From: an uncultured Methanosarcinaceae archaeon
GTDB taxonomy: Archaea; Halobacteriota; Methanosarcinia; Methanosarcinales; Methanosarcinaceae
Length of the DNA: 64,000 bases
Assembly (NCBI GenBank): GCA_963733675.1
Contig: CAVTET010000004.1
Coordinates: 224,001-288,000, forward strand
Reading direction: 5' to 3'
The notes below the pieces were generated by a model that saw only the letters and a program-made list of their open reading frames with translations, was not told where the DNA came from and made no database searches. Both the position numbers and the translations under genes were made by a program. Shown here piece after piece: positions 22,918 to 34,634 of this stretch (positions are counted from its first letter, which is position 1; each line of letters opens with the position of its first letter).

Positions 22918-24111
22918 TTATGTCTTCATTTTCTGAGCCAGCTCTCGACCTATTTTCTCAACCTTTTTTAAATCTTCATCGCTGGCTCTACCTTTCACTT
23001 GGTAGTTTCCCACAACCTCCATTTTTGAAGGGATCAGAATCTCTTCGGCCTGTTTGACCGCCCCTCCTCCCCATCCAAAGGACCCGAGTACAACACCATA
23101 CTTTGCCGGTGGATTGAGAGCTTTTATTAGGTAAGTACCGTAAAGGGCAAGCGGATGCATACCTCCTAGAACTGTAGGCGCTCCAATAATAATAGCACGG
23201 GAATCAACTAGCTCCCTTGCAACATCTCCAATATCTGAGGCTGCAAGATCATACATTTTAACATCTACCCCTTCTTTAAGAAGGGTCTCTACAATTGTCC
23301 GAACCATATCTCGAGTAGATCCCCACATACTCACATAGACGATAATGGCTTTATTCTCTGTTTCTCCTGCGGTCCATTTAACATACGGGTCCATAATACG
23401 GCTTGGATTTGTATAAATCGGTCCATGGCTCGGAGCAATAATTTTTATATCAAGATTCTTTATTTTTTCAAGAGCTTTTACCCCCATTTTCCTGAAAGGC
23501 ATAATTATTTCCCCATAATAGCGTTTTGCAAAAGGAATAAGATCTTCGATATCTTCATCATAGATTCCCTGGGCTGTGTGGGCTCCGAAAAAATCGCACG
23601 GGAAAAGAATTTTATCTTCAGCTAGGTATGTAAACATCGTCTCAGGCCAATGAAGCCAGGGCGCCTCTATGAAATGGAGAGTCTTTCCACCCAAATCAAG
23701 GTTGTCTCCTCCAGCAACTACTTTGATCCGGGCTTCAGGCAGCTCATGATAGAGCCTGGCCATATTTACTCCTTTTTCGGTTGTGATAAATAAGGCATTT
23801 GGAGCTTTTTCTAAGATAAATCTGATCGCATTGCTGTGATCAGGTTCTGCATGATTCATAATCAAGTAATCAAGCTTTTCCAGATCTGAGGTCATATTGA
23901 TTTTTGCTTCGAGTTCCTCTTCAAAACCCGGATTTACTGTATCTATTAGAGCTGTTTTCTGTTCACCTTTCACGAGGTATGAGTTGTAGCTCGTGCCATC
24001 TGGCAGAGGAATTAAAGCATCAAACATCCTGCGGGTCCAGTCTTTTGCCCCAACACTGAAAACATTATTGGAAATCTCTGGAATATTATAAGTTTTCATA
24101 GTTTCCTCCAT
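22918..24111 (-). CDS. fprA: Flavodiiron protein (FprA family)
   Basis: HAEPDH, APWLHWPET, DFFGAH, PSHG; flavodoxin domain SMWGST and GSFGWGG. Confidence 0.92.
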   Translation of the reverse strand: MEETMKTYNIPEISNNVFSVGAKDWTRRMFDALIPLPDGTSYNSYLVKGEQKTALIDTVNPGFEEELEAKINMTSDLEKLDYLIMNHAEPDHSNAIRFILEKAPNALFITTEKGVNMARLYHELPEARIKVVAGGDNLDLGGKTLHFIEAPWLHWPETMFTYLAEDKILFPCDFFGAHTAQGIYDEDIEDLIPFAKRYYGEIIMPFRKMGVKALEKIKNLDIKIIAPSHGPIYTNPSRIMDPYVKWTAGETENKAIIVYVSMWGSTRDMVRTIVETLLKEGVDVKMYDLAASDIGDVARELVDSRAIIIGAPTVLGGMHPLALYGTYLIKALNPPAKYGVVLGSFGWGGGAVKQAEEILIPSKMEVVGNYQVKGRASDEDLKKVEKIGRELAQKMKT

Positions 24112-24624
24112 TCTACATGATGAAATTTAAAAACCATAACTAAATTTCGAACTATTTCTATCAACCTGATAACTACTCATCAAAATTTCCGCTTTTTCAG
24201 GCACATAAGCTTCCGTTGATATAAAATGATACCATAAAACTTCAACAAATGAACTAAATGCTGGAATTTCAACACATAATCATCTGAAATGACAGATTTG
24301 TAGACTTAGGAATATGCGCTTGAAATACGGAGTACATAATTTGTTTGAGGTATATTTTGCATTTTTAAAATATCTAATTGTCCCATAAAATATGTAATAA
24401 CTTATATGGTTTTTACAATTATATTAATTAATGATAATTTAGCCTATATTTTACTAATAGTGCTGCTAAGGTGACCATTAGTTCTTACGACAAAAATGAG
24501 TAGAGACACTTCAAACTTCATTTCAGTAGAATATCCCACAGCGTGCTGAGAGGATGGAAAACCTCCCATAGAACCTTAATTAACTAATTGATTTATATTT
24601 CGATCTACCTTTGAATTTTATAAA

Positions 24625-25060
24625 TAGAACCATGTGATGGAAATCGTTGTGTCTATAAAAATATGAAACCACATGTTTTTTTAAGAAGTATTGTAAAAGA
24701 CTATCTTCGTCAGTGATATCATTAATTGTTTAAAAAAAATATCTACATTGGAATTAGTAAAGATACTATCTTGAGTTTGATACAACTGGTAATGGTAATC
24801 ACGTATATCTTTTCGTTTGTGCTGAACCAAAATATTATCTATCAAGATTGATGTAGGTTATACAAAATATCACAGCGATAGAATCTTTGAAGAATCCATG
24901 TAATTTAAAAAGATATCGGATGATAAGCTTTGGAGTGAGGAAAATCGTATTCGAACTATTTATGGTTGTACAACTTCAAATGGCACTAAAAGCTATATTG
25001 AGAATCAGGGAAACTAGGAAGAAAAAAAATCATATAAGTAAATGGAAATATTTGATTAAA
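24625..25060 (+). pseudogene. IS200 tnpA remnant
   Basis: Similar to the 5640-6060 remnant (shared TTCGTTTGTGCTGAACCAAAA and AAATCATATAAG); many stops. Confidence 0.65.
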
Positions 25061-25239
25061 AAGGTCTTTTTTGTAACCAGAGTAGGGGCGCGAACTTACC
25101 ACTTTATTTGGAGCGGTGTATGTACTCACCACCAAAATTTTGATATTAAGCGAATTTTTTAGATCCAGATAACACTTTGTGAACAAGTGTACATAAAGTA
25201 CAAAGGTAGTGTTTGTTAGGACCATTAAAAATTTTCAAA

Positions 25240-25311
25240 TGGACTCGACGGGATTTGAACCCGCGGCCTTTACGTTGCGAACGTAACGATCTTCCCCTGA
25301 TCTACGAGCCC
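25240..25311 (-). tRNA. tRNA-Ala(CGC)
   Basis: GGGCTCGTAGATCAGGGGAAGATCGTTACG-TTCGCAA-CGTAAAGGCCGCGGGTTCAAATCCCGTCGAGTCCA; cloverleaf, anticodon CGC, G3:U70 identity pair. Confidence 0.95.
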
Positions 25312-25371
25312 TTTAAGGAAAGGAATTATATAAAAATGACTTATCCGGGAATATTGGCCGGTTTTTTTTGT

Positions 25372-25641
25372 TTAGAAGCGATAGAGTTCCAGAACCTGGA
25401 TGTTTTCGACGCCTGGGACTTTTGCGAAAGCCTCTTCTACAGCTTCGGTTCCACCTTCTTCATCATTAACAATTAAAGTGACGATAAGAGCCTTCAACCC
25501 GAAAGCGATAGGTTCTTCAATAATATCTCCATGAAGGTCAGTACCTGCTGGGATTGCACCTTTGATTTTTTCTTTTAACTCTACAAGGTTAGTATCAACA
25601 CTTTCAGGCATTATTTTCATTTTTGCTGCAACTTCACCCAT
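25372..25641 (-). CDS. ef1b: Translation elongation factor 1-beta
   Basis: MGEVAAKMKIMP, EEPIAFGLKAL motifs. Confidence 0.93.
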   Translation of the reverse strand: MGEVAAKMKIMPESVDTNLVELKEKIKGAIPAGTDLHGDIIEEPIAFGLKALIVTLIVNDEEGGTEAVEEAFAKVPGVENIQVLELYRF

Positions 25642-25735
25642 TCTGATGCCTCTCATCTTTTAGCAAAATCTATTGATCAAGTTCATTTTTGATTTTTTTA
25701 TTCGCGTATCTACATTCTTTAGGACTTGCCTTAAA

Positions 25736-25924
<189 letters not shown>

Positions 25925-26089
25925 TTATTTCATGTAGCAACTTTGCAACGAGTTACCAGTCAATAAGTTGCTTTAGAATTGATTTATGCTCCTGAAACCT
26001 TTATCAACTTCAGCGAGTTTAATGATCATAATTTAAATGATGCTTTTTGGATACGCTTTGCTTCTCCCCTATCATATGCGATATACAAT

Positions 26090-26758
26090 TTAAATATTCC
26101 CCTTTATAGCCGTACCAAATACAGGCTTTCCGTACAAAGCCTGAATAACTCTTTCGGGATATTTTCCATTTACAATAAAGCACTCCATCCTGTTTTTCTG
26201 CAGAAATGGTGGTAAGGCAGGGTCAATGCAGCTTACGCAACTTTCCTCAAAATCAGTAGCAGAAATCTCCCTAATCAGCTTTCCTTCTTGAAATATTCCA
26301 TCTACATTCGTAGCCTTCAAGAGCATTGCGTCCACTTTCCTTGCAACCCATGCAGCAATGGTGTCAGAGGTCACATCCCAAGTATGAGGAAAGGGGTCTT
26401 CGGTTTTGAGGAGCCTGTAAGGAAAAAGAATAGACACTCCTTTGGGTATATCTGCTATTGAGTATGTAGACACAACGCTGCTTTTATCCTGCAGGTAGTA
26501 AGCATACTGCTCCATCCCAAGTATAGCCATCCAGTGAGCAGCATCTGCCCCAAAAGAAAAAATTCTGTTAGCTGACCTCACGGCATCAGCAAATATTCCA
26601 CCTCCGGGTATAATGAGAATGGAAATGGATAAGCGCCTATAAGATTGCCTTCGTTCGAAAGCAGTCGTATTTTCGGAATTAAATTCTTGTATCAATCTAT
26701 CCACAAGTTTGGGAGCTTCTTTGATGAGACTTCCCCCTATTTTTACCACTGCTCTCAT
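26090..26758 (-). CDS. mfnE: Amino-acid-kinase-family protein, probable methanofuran biosynthesis kinase MfnE
   Basis: VVKIGGSL, PGGGIFADAVR, AHWMAI, HTWDVTSDTIA, TNVDG. Confidence 0.75.
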   Translation of the reverse strand: MRAVVKIGGSLIKEAPKLVDRLIQEFNSENTTAFERRQSYRRLSISILIIPGGGIFADAVRSANRIFSFGADAAHWMAILGMEQYAYYLQDKSSVVSTYSIADIPKGVSILFPYRLLKTEDPFPHTWDVTSDTIAAWVARKVDAMLLKATNVDGIFQEGKLIREISATDFEESCVSCIDPALPPFLQKNRMECFIVNGKYPERVIQALYGKPVFGTAIKGNI

Positions 26759-28413
26759 AATTTTATTCCAGCTAAATATTGTGTAGTCAAGTCAGCAATT
26801 AATTACACTCTCATTCTTTCATCAAATATTATTAGCCAATTTTTAGCAAAGTATTTTGATTTAGCTAATTCTGTACAGTAATAACCAATTAACTCTTTAA
26901 ATCTAGTAATTGATTTAAGAAAATTTAGATAAATCTACCATCCAACAAATTGCTCAGATCGGATCTATGGACAATAGCCAAAAATTGAGGCTTATCGAAA
27001 GTATCTTAATTTATTATTTCTGAATTTCTTTTTTACACTTTTCAGAGAAATTCAATTGGATATGGATCAGGCGAATAAGGTAGCAGAAATACTAACATCA
27101 TATCCAAATTTCTGCCTTTTTTTAAACCTAATGGCTGCATGATATATTTTTGAGTTATTCAGTACAAATATGATATCATAATTATTTTCTCTTTTATTCT
27201 TTCGGGAAATCCACATACTTTTTTGCTTAGGGACTCTTTTTAAAATCTTATTCTTTATACCCATTTTTAACATCGAAAATATTAGCATTATGCATCTACA
27301 ATCTGTTTATTTATAAATAGTTTAAGTTTTGACAAAACAAGTAAAATGATGGCTTATTCCATATTTTTTGTAGCGAAGATTCACTCTGCATTTCCGAATT
27401 TCATCAGTCTCGAAACAATTTCTAAAAATTAGAAAATTATAACAAATAGATGAGAAATTATTGATAATCACAACGAAACATAACTCCACTTCTGTCATAG
27501 CTCCAGCCTGTTTACCGCCTGTGTCTCATAAATTATGTAGTATCATTGATAAATATAACTTTATTTGATGAAGCAAACTACACTATCAATAAATTATTTA
27601 TGATTCACTTAACGCTGCAATATATTCTACCAATTCTCTTAAATCTACAACCAACGATCTAAGATCAAAAGTACAAAACATAAAAATTTCTCAGGATGAG
27701 ACTATTGTTTAAATACATAAAATCAAATTCTATTGATAACATTATCTTTTAATTTAAAAGAATAAAAGATGACGTTTTTAAGATGACATCTTCTAAAAAC
27801 AAAGGCTCAAGACACTACTGTTTACTTTCAGGATGTTTCCATATTATGGTTACCAGAGATTATCCATGTATAAAGTGGATTAAAACCGAAGAATTGGGAA
27901 TATTCGTTCTGCACTTTGGATATAATTGACAGCTCTAAGCTATATTTGATGTTATTTACATAAATAGATTAAGCAAAGAATATTAGATTCTTCTGATAAT
28001 ACTTATTTAGTAGCATCGGGATAATGAAAGAAAAAGTAAGAACCATATATATATATATGAATAATGAATTTTTTTAACAGTAACGTTAAGCTGATTGGAG
28101 AATATAAAAATAAATCTTGTTCTGGATTAATTGATCAAGTATGAAAAATGAGCATATTTCAAACTTTTTGATAATTTAGAGAGAGTATTGTATTTATGAT
28201 TTTCAACAAATAATGTACACGATCAAAAAATAAGATGAAGAGATAACAAAAATGGGCATCTTGAAGATTAAAGTTTATGATCTCTTAGGATTCTTGTGAA
28301 AATAAAACTCAATTGGACTAAAACTTGCTGCATCAGGGATAATTATATTATAGTTCCATAGATGGGTACAAAAAAAATGGAATATATAACTTTCATAAAG
28401 GACGGGAGACCTA

Positions 28414-30195
28414 TTGTCTAAAATAACTAATAACATATTAAATATTGTAGCCTCGATTTCTCTGCTACTACTGGTTTACAGTACTTATACTATCAGGGGG
28501 ATCCCGTCTGAAGGGTATGTAATTAACATATATAAGCAGCTTCCTTTTCATTTTTATTTAACTTTGCTCTTTTGCTATCTTTCAGCCTGCGTTTTACTGA
28601 TAGCATACAGAAAAATCAGTGCAGTTATTATACTTTTGCTTGTTCACATTATTGTACTGATTATCCCTTACATTCTTGGCTATGTTTCGCCAAGCAGAGG
28701 CGATGAGTTTATATATATGGGCCTTGTAGGAAAAAATGAACTTTTTGGTTTTTCAAATCTTTCTCCAACTGGTCCCCTTTTTATTTCAGCCTTAGCTCTG
28801 ATCACAGGATTGGAGAAGTGGATACTTTCTTATTTTTTGCCTGTTTTTTTTTCAATTATGTTCATCACCGGAATGTTCCTTTTTTATCGAATATTCATGA
28901 ACCGGGAAAAATTGGTCTCAGTAGCATTTATTTCATCGACTATTCCTTATTTTGGGCATTTCCAGGTTTCAACATCTGCTTACTACCTGTGCTTTTGCCT
29001 TATGCCTCTTTACCTCTTTATGCTGAGGAATGCACTTTCTGGTAAAAATGGAGCCATTTATATTTGTTCTTTGTTGATGATACTTTTGATTCCATTGGCA
29101 CATCCATTTATTTTTATATATATTTCTTTTTTTGTATTATCTCTAGCCTTTTCGCTAAAAACGTTAAAGTCCAATTTTCTCTGTAAAGTCCTGAATTTTA
29201 ATTTCTTTTCCATTAAATTACCCCATTCTGGAGGAAAAAAAACCCATTTATTTATCTTCCTGTCATTAATTTTTGGAGGTTTCCTACTCTATGCAAGATA
29301 CGCTTCTCAATTTATTGATATTTTTCTTCCAACTCTTGTCTGGCGCACTGAGGCACTAATAACTGACGGCTTTCCTAATATACCGGAAACAGCTAACAAT
29401 TTTTATAAACTCATACATCTTTTCAATCTCTATTATGCCAAGTACTACATCCCACTAATCCTCATTTTTATCAATTCAATAATTGTGTGGCAGAATCGAA
29501 AAAGATTTTGTCATCATTTCGTCCACAGATATCCCCGCTTTTTGATTCTTTATATATTCACCTTTTTACTGGAACTTGCCTTCCTTTTTAACCCCTTTAT
29601 TCCTTATCCTCTGGATAAATTTGTAAACTTGAATTTCATCATTTTTGCCCAGATTCCTTTGCTGGGGTATTCTCTCTACGTTATTTTTCTCAGGAAAGGA
29701 TACACCTTTGGCCTTGGTTCAGTAGTCCTGATTCTCGGCCTTCTTTGGACGTTAGGATTCTTCAATTGCTTCAGCTCACCTTATATTGGCGGAATTTCTG
29801 AAGCAATTTCACAAAACGAGATGGAAGGATTCCACTGGTTTTCCGAGGTAAAAGAAAACTATCCATACATAATGTCATTTGGAGAAAAAGAAGAAATTAA
29901 TTCCTTGACAGGAAACTTTAATAGTAATCTGTATAGATCAGCTGAGTTTGCGGAGGCCTGGCAAAGGTTTCCAATTTATACACTCAAAAGTGACTCAAAA
30001 GTGGATTTCCCCTTAAAAGATCCAAATAGAAATGAACCTTTCTATCTTGTGGTAACCACCTTTTCGAAGTCTTTGGACCTAGATAAACGAAAATATGAAG
30101 AAATGCCAGTTTCTATCGGATTTACTCGGAGCAGTTATCCTGCATACAAGATCTACGATTCTCTCAACATAGAAATTTATGAGAATAAAACCTAA
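28414..30195 (+). CDS. Polytopic membrane protein, possibly GT-C/glycan-polymer related
   Basis: About 12-13 hydrophobic segments; early loop SRGDE; soluble C-terminal domain; TTG start. Confidence 0.6.
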   Translation: MSKITNNILNIVASISLLLLVYSTYTIRGIPSEGYVINIYKQLPFHFYLTLLFCYLSACVLLIAYRKISAVIILLLVHIIVLIIPYILGYVSPSRGDEFIYMGLVGKNELFGFSNLSPTGPLFISALALITGLEKWILSYFLPVFFSIMFITGMFLFYRIFMNREKLVSVAFISSTIPYFGHFQVSTSAYYLCFCLMPLYLFMLRNALSGKNGAIYICSLLMILLIPLAHPFIFIYISFFVLSLAFSLKTLKSNFLCKVLNFNFFSIKLPHSGGKKTHLFIFLSLIFGGFLLYARYASQFIDIFLPTLVWRTEALITDGFPNIPETANNFYKLIHLFNLYYAKYYIPLILIFINSIIVWQNRKRFCHHFVHRYPRFLILYIFTFLLELAFLFNPFIPYPLDKFVNLNFIIFAQIPLLGYSLYVIFLRKGYTFGLGSVVLILGLLWTLGFFNCFSSPYIGGISEAISQNEMEGFHWFSEVKENYPYIMSFGEKEEINSLTGNFNSNLYRSAEFAEAWQRFPIYTLKSDSKVDFPLKDPNRNEPFYLVVTTFSKSLDLDKRKYEEMPVSIGFTRSSYPAYKIYDSLNIEIYENKT

Positions 30196-30717
30196 ATAGA
30201 CTTTACAATATTTTTACCCCATATTTACCTTGACATTGCCATACTAAACTTATTTTTATATATACTACAACAATATTCACTTGAATTCAGACAACTTTGA
30301 CAATTTTTACCGGACAATTTTTTTCTTATATTTTCACCTTAATCCAATATTTTCATTAGGCTCACTACCATAATTTATGAATACCTAACTTAAGCACTTT
30401 GCTAGTTTTCATTTCCCCGTAAAGAAGCCTTCATATATCATTATCACGGTGAAAACGTTTTTATTGTGCTGTTATATAAATTTAGGCATGGTCACAAAAT
30501 GGAATTAAGTTCATTAAATGTATTGACTCTGTATTACAATTTCTAAGAGATTAATGTGAATATCAAGATCATTGATTTACTTACGAGCTAAGATATTTTT
30601 CGCGCCGTTGTAAGTATAGCAGTCAACAAAAATTTTGTTAACTAATCCTCGAAACATTACCAAGATGTTGCGTACGAAACATCCATGAGCTGCCATCTTG
30701 AAATACTAAAAATTGAA

Positions 30718-30804
30718 GATGATTTTGATAAACCACTAAATTTAGTTATATAAATGAATGGTATATAAATGACTCATGAAAATTAGGGTTTTATCAAAAT
30801 CCTC
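30718..30804. repeat. ~88-bp MITE-like repeat copy
   Basis: GATTTTGATAAA...TTTATCAAAATC perfect 12-bp inverted repeat; conserved interior. Confidence 0.75.
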
Positions 30805-31582
30805 TATAATATAAAAAATATATCAATGTAAGAATTCTCTAAAAAAATAAAATTCTTCAGATATCAGACACAAATAAATGAAAATACGTCTCATCTTACC
30901 TTTTTTGACGATTGATTCATTATTAACTCAGGTCGGAAGGTTTTACAAATTTTGTTTTCTTTCAAAAACGCTCAAAAATAATCCATGAAATGCCATTGAA
31001 AGTTCAAATGTGACTGTAATCAAGGACACCAAATTAGCCTCTTAGTCCGTTCCATTGCCCAAACAAATTGAATTGTATAAACTATCAAAAATAGCTCATA
31101 AATCTCGAGTTTTGACATGTAAAAAAGTTTTTTTGGCTATGTAGAAATTCTTAATTTAATCCAAATGATATTTACTATTTTTTTATTTACTTTCTGCTCT
31201 GTATAAATCCTCTAAGTTATGCATTCTCTCACATTTTTATAAACGTTGTGCTCTAAAAGATCTAGATATTTTCCCACAAAAAACGAAGGCACACATAATA
31301 TCGAAAATCGAATAACTACACTAAATTTGTTGATACTAGCCTCAAAACTGTCCAGTCTTCCTGAATGAACGTTTATTCCTGCAAGTTTCCAAACATGTTT
31401 ATTTTCAGCATCAATTTTTTGTTATGATTCTTGTTAAATTTTGAAAAATTAATTTAATTTTATCAAACTTTGATCAAGAACTGATTAGCATGACAAAATA
31501 AAACTAAAAAGAAAAATAAAAACTAAAACTTGAAGTAAATATAAAAAATTGAATATTTTTGTAACAAATTTCTTCTTCAAAA

Positions 31583-33298
31583 TTATTTGTGGGCAAAGTA
31601 TACCTCAACTTTTTCTTTGTCTACAGAATCGACCCTGCAGAAACCAAAGCGTTCGAATTGTACGATTTTGTCAAGTTCGGCTGCAATACCATGCTCTCCA
31701 GTCCCTTCTATATCACCATAGGGACCGCGTACTTTCACCGATATTCCATCAATTGGAACCCAATGGATGATTTTTCCCTTCGATTTTTGATGAGCTTCGA
31801 GGGAAACTGCTGAATGTCTTGCTTGAAGAGGAACAAGAGAAGTAATTTCGATATTGCAGAAATCCTTTAAGCGAAGAACATAACCCACTTTCAGCTTTTC
31901 GACATCTTCTCTGCAGACAAACACCTTATTCCTTACAGAAATTTCCCTTATACCTCTTGCATAGTCAGTGGGGTGAAGCGGAAGTTTTGCAACTGTAGGT
32001 TCTGAATCTGTAATTTCCAACTCCATGGGATCCCAAACAAAGAAATAGCGATTTGCAATTGCATCCACTATTTTACGGTTTTCGGCATATAGAGACTCCA
32101 TACTTAGACTTACATCAGTAGTTCCGACCCCCATATCTATCATGAACTTTTTAAGGGCTTCAGCCTTTATTCCTCGCCTGCGAAATGCCCGGATTGTGGG
32201 CAATCTGGGATCATCCCAACTACTGTATTCTCCGTTTTCAATAGCTTTTCGGAGGCTACTAGTACTGAATTTGCCGAACTCATAGATTTTAACCCTCCCC
32301 CAATGAGTTGTTCTTGGATATTTCCAGCCAAAGTATTTGTAGATATAGCTCTGCCTTTTTTCGCTGTCCATAAGGTCTTTTCCCCGGATGATATGGGTCA
32401 TACCTAGTTCGTGATCTTCTATAGCTCCTGCAAAATCCAGAAGTGGCCAGACACAGTATTTATTTCCGATCACAGATCTTGGGTGGGCCATCTTTCTTAT
32501 CCTGAATGCTCCCCAATCTCGCAAAGCAGGATCCTTGTGTTCGATATCAGTTTTTATTCGTAGAACAGCCTGGTGGTCTTCATACTCTCCAGCAAGCATT
32601 TTCTCCCAGTGCCTTAGATTTTCTTCAAGGCCCACTTCCCTATGCGGACAGGCTTTTTTGGCATTCTTCAATTCTTTAAAATATTCTCCTTTACAAAAAC
32701 AGACATAGGCTTTGCTCATTTCAATAAGCTTTCTCGCATAATCATAATAGAGTGGGAAATGGTCAGAAGTATAGATCACCTGATTAGGTACAACCCCGAG
32801 CCACCTGAAATCGTCAAGATACCATTCATATGCTTCAAGCATCGGCCTTTTTATGTCAGGATCAGTATCATCGAAACGTAGAATGAATTTCCCTTTATAC
32901 ATCTTCACATATTCGGAATTAACTACCATGCCTCTTGCGCTGCCCAGGGTTGCTGGTCCATTGGGATTTGGGGCAAAACGCATTACTACCTTGCCTATTT
33001 CGGCTCCTTCCAGAGGTTTTAAGCCTTTATAAGGATCTTTCTTCACACTCAGGGCTTCTATCAGTTCAGGTGCAATTTTAAAAAGTCTGGATTTCCAGGC
33101 TTCAGGATTTTCTTTTACGATTTTGGAAATGATGCCTTCAAGAGCTTCAGACATTGCACTGGGATCGGATCGGAGTTGAGGGAACTCACCCATTAACTTG
33201 CCCATCACAGATTTGAGCTGTGGAGCTTGCCCATATTTTACAGCATTTTGCAAGGCGTATTTTTCTATTGTTTCAAGGTCTTCAGGACTTAAGGTCAT
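31583..33298 (-). CDS. gltX: Glutamyl-tRNA synthetase
   Basis: RFAPNPNG, LRFDDTD, THIIRGKD, WDDPRLPT, QFERFGF. Confidence 0.96.
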   Translation of the reverse strand: MTLSPEDLETIEKYALQNAVKYGQAPQLKSVMGKLMGEFPQLRSDPSAMSEALEGIISKIVKENPEAWKSRLFKIAPELIEALSVKKDPYKGLKPLEGAEIGKVVMRFAPNPNGPATLGSARGMVVNSEYVKMYKGKFILRFDDTDPDIKRPMLEAYEWYLDDFRWLGVVPNQVIYTSDHFPLYYDYARKLIEMSKAYVCFCKGEYFKELKNAKKACPHREVGLEENLRHWEKMLAGEYEDHQAVLRIKTDIEHKDPALRDWGAFRIRKMAHPRSVIGNKYCVWPLLDFAGAIEDHELGMTHIIRGKDLMDSEKRQSYIYKYFGWKYPRTTHWGRVKIYEFGKFSTSSLRKAIENGEYSSWDDPRLPTIRAFRRRGIKAEALKKFMIDMGVGTTDVSLSMESLYAENRKIVDAIANRYFFVWDPMELEITDSEPTVAKLPLHPTDYARGIREISVRNKVFVCREDVEKLKVGYVLRLKDFCNIEITSLVPLQARHSAVSLEAHQKSKGKIIHWVPIDGISVKVRGPYGDIEGTGEHGIAAELDKIVQFERFGFCRVDSVDKEKVEVYFAHK

Positions 33299-33527
33299 AG
33301 GAGTTTCTCCAAAGTAAACGTTGATTGAATTAGATAAAAATGTAGGTCAAATTTAATTGAGTTAAACTAACGAAGAAGTAAATATTCCATGAGACAATTT
33401 CATAAGTTGAATTCAATAATTGCGGAAAAAATGTGAATAAAATTATAAAAAATCACCGAAAACTCAAATCCCACAACATATACAAGTAAAATTCCCTTTT
33501 TTTGAAGTGTGTTATGCAAGTAAGAGC

Positions 33528-33836
33528 CTATTTTTGAATGGAAGCTTCGATTTCCAGGATGCGTGAAACCTTGCTATTGATTTTATCAAGCTCACATTCA
33601 AACTCCTGTAGGAACCTCTGGACAGCATCCCCTGGTACTGCGCCCTGGGCTGAGGGCTTTATAAGATTAGCTTGTTCAAGGACCCTGAGAGAGTAGCGCA
33701 CTTTATGGTTCTGCATTCCGGTAATTTCTGCAAGTTTCAGAATTCCGATCGGAGCTTCTTCGATCACTCTTTTGAGCACCAGAAGGTGACGTTCGGTAAG
33801 GTCAAGTTCAGCTCCGATATTCTCAAGCAGCATCAT
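33528..33836 (-). CDS. Small winged-helix protein
   Basis: PIGILKLAEITGMQNHKVRYSLRVLE wHTH; overlaps the upstream gene's stop. Confidence 0.75.
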   Translation of the reverse strand: MMLLENIGAELDLTERHLLVLKRVIEEAPIGILKLAEITGMQNHKVRYSLRVLEQANLIKPSAQGAVPGDAVQRFLQEFECELDKINSKVSRILEIEASIQK

Positions 33837-34567
33837 AAAACCTCGTTTCTAAGTATTCCGATTCCCTGGATTTCCACTTCCACAGTATCCATCCGCTGCA
33901 GTTCTCCAACGCCTGAAGGCGTCCCTGTGGTAATTATATCTCCTACCTCAAAGGTCATTATTTCACTTATGAATTCAATGAGGTAAGGAATGTCAAAAAT
34001 AAGATTTGAGGTACTGGACTCCTGTTTGAGTTCTCCATTTACCCTGCAGGCAATTTTTGCATCCTTAATATCCAGTTCCTCTGGAGACGCCAAGTAAGGC
34101 CCGAATGCTGCAAAGGTATCAAAACTTTTTGCCCTTGTCCACTGTCCATCCTTCTGCTGGAGATCCCGCGCAGTAACATCGTTAAAACAGGTATACCCCG
34201 CAATTACGTCCTCAGCCTTTGAAGCTGATATATTTTTGCAACGCTTACCGATAACAACTGCAAGCTCTGCCTCATAATCTATTCTTGAACTGGATGCCGG
34301 ATAAATGATCTTGTCTTCATGCCCGATAACTGACGACGGCGGCTTTAAAAAGAGGACCGGATTTTTCGGTATTTCCATGGAAAGCTCTCTGGCATGATCC
34401 AGGTAATTAAGGCCAACACATACAATTTTCGACGGTGATGCAGGAGGTAGAACACGAAGCTCCGAAAGTTCGTAGATCCCTATGTGAATATCTCCTTTAG
34501 GGTATACGCGTCCATTGTCTATTTCTCCATAAAAGATCTCATCTCCTAATCTGAACTTTCCAATCAT
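33833..34567 (-). CDS. Fumarylacetoacetate hydrolase-family protein
   Basis: KIVCVGLNY, DYEAEL, NDVTARD, KSFDTF, TGTP. Confidence 0.92.
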   Translation of the reverse strand: MIGKFRLGDEIFYGEIDNGRVYPKGDIHIGIYELSELRVLPPASPSKIVCVGLNYLDHARELSMEIPKNPVLFLKPPSSVIGHEDKIIYPASSSRIDYEAELAVVIGKRCKNISASKAEDVIAGYTCFNDVTARDLQQKDGQWTRAKSFDTFAAFGPYLASPEELDIKDAKIACRVNGELKQESSTSNLIFDIPYLIEFISEIMTFEVGDIITTGTPSGVGELQRMDTVEVEIQGIGILRNEVL

Positions 34568-34634
34568 ATCCTTGAATTCTCCTACTTTTTAAAATTTTTT
34601 AGCCTGCTCTCCTTTTTAAGGGATATATCGAAAC

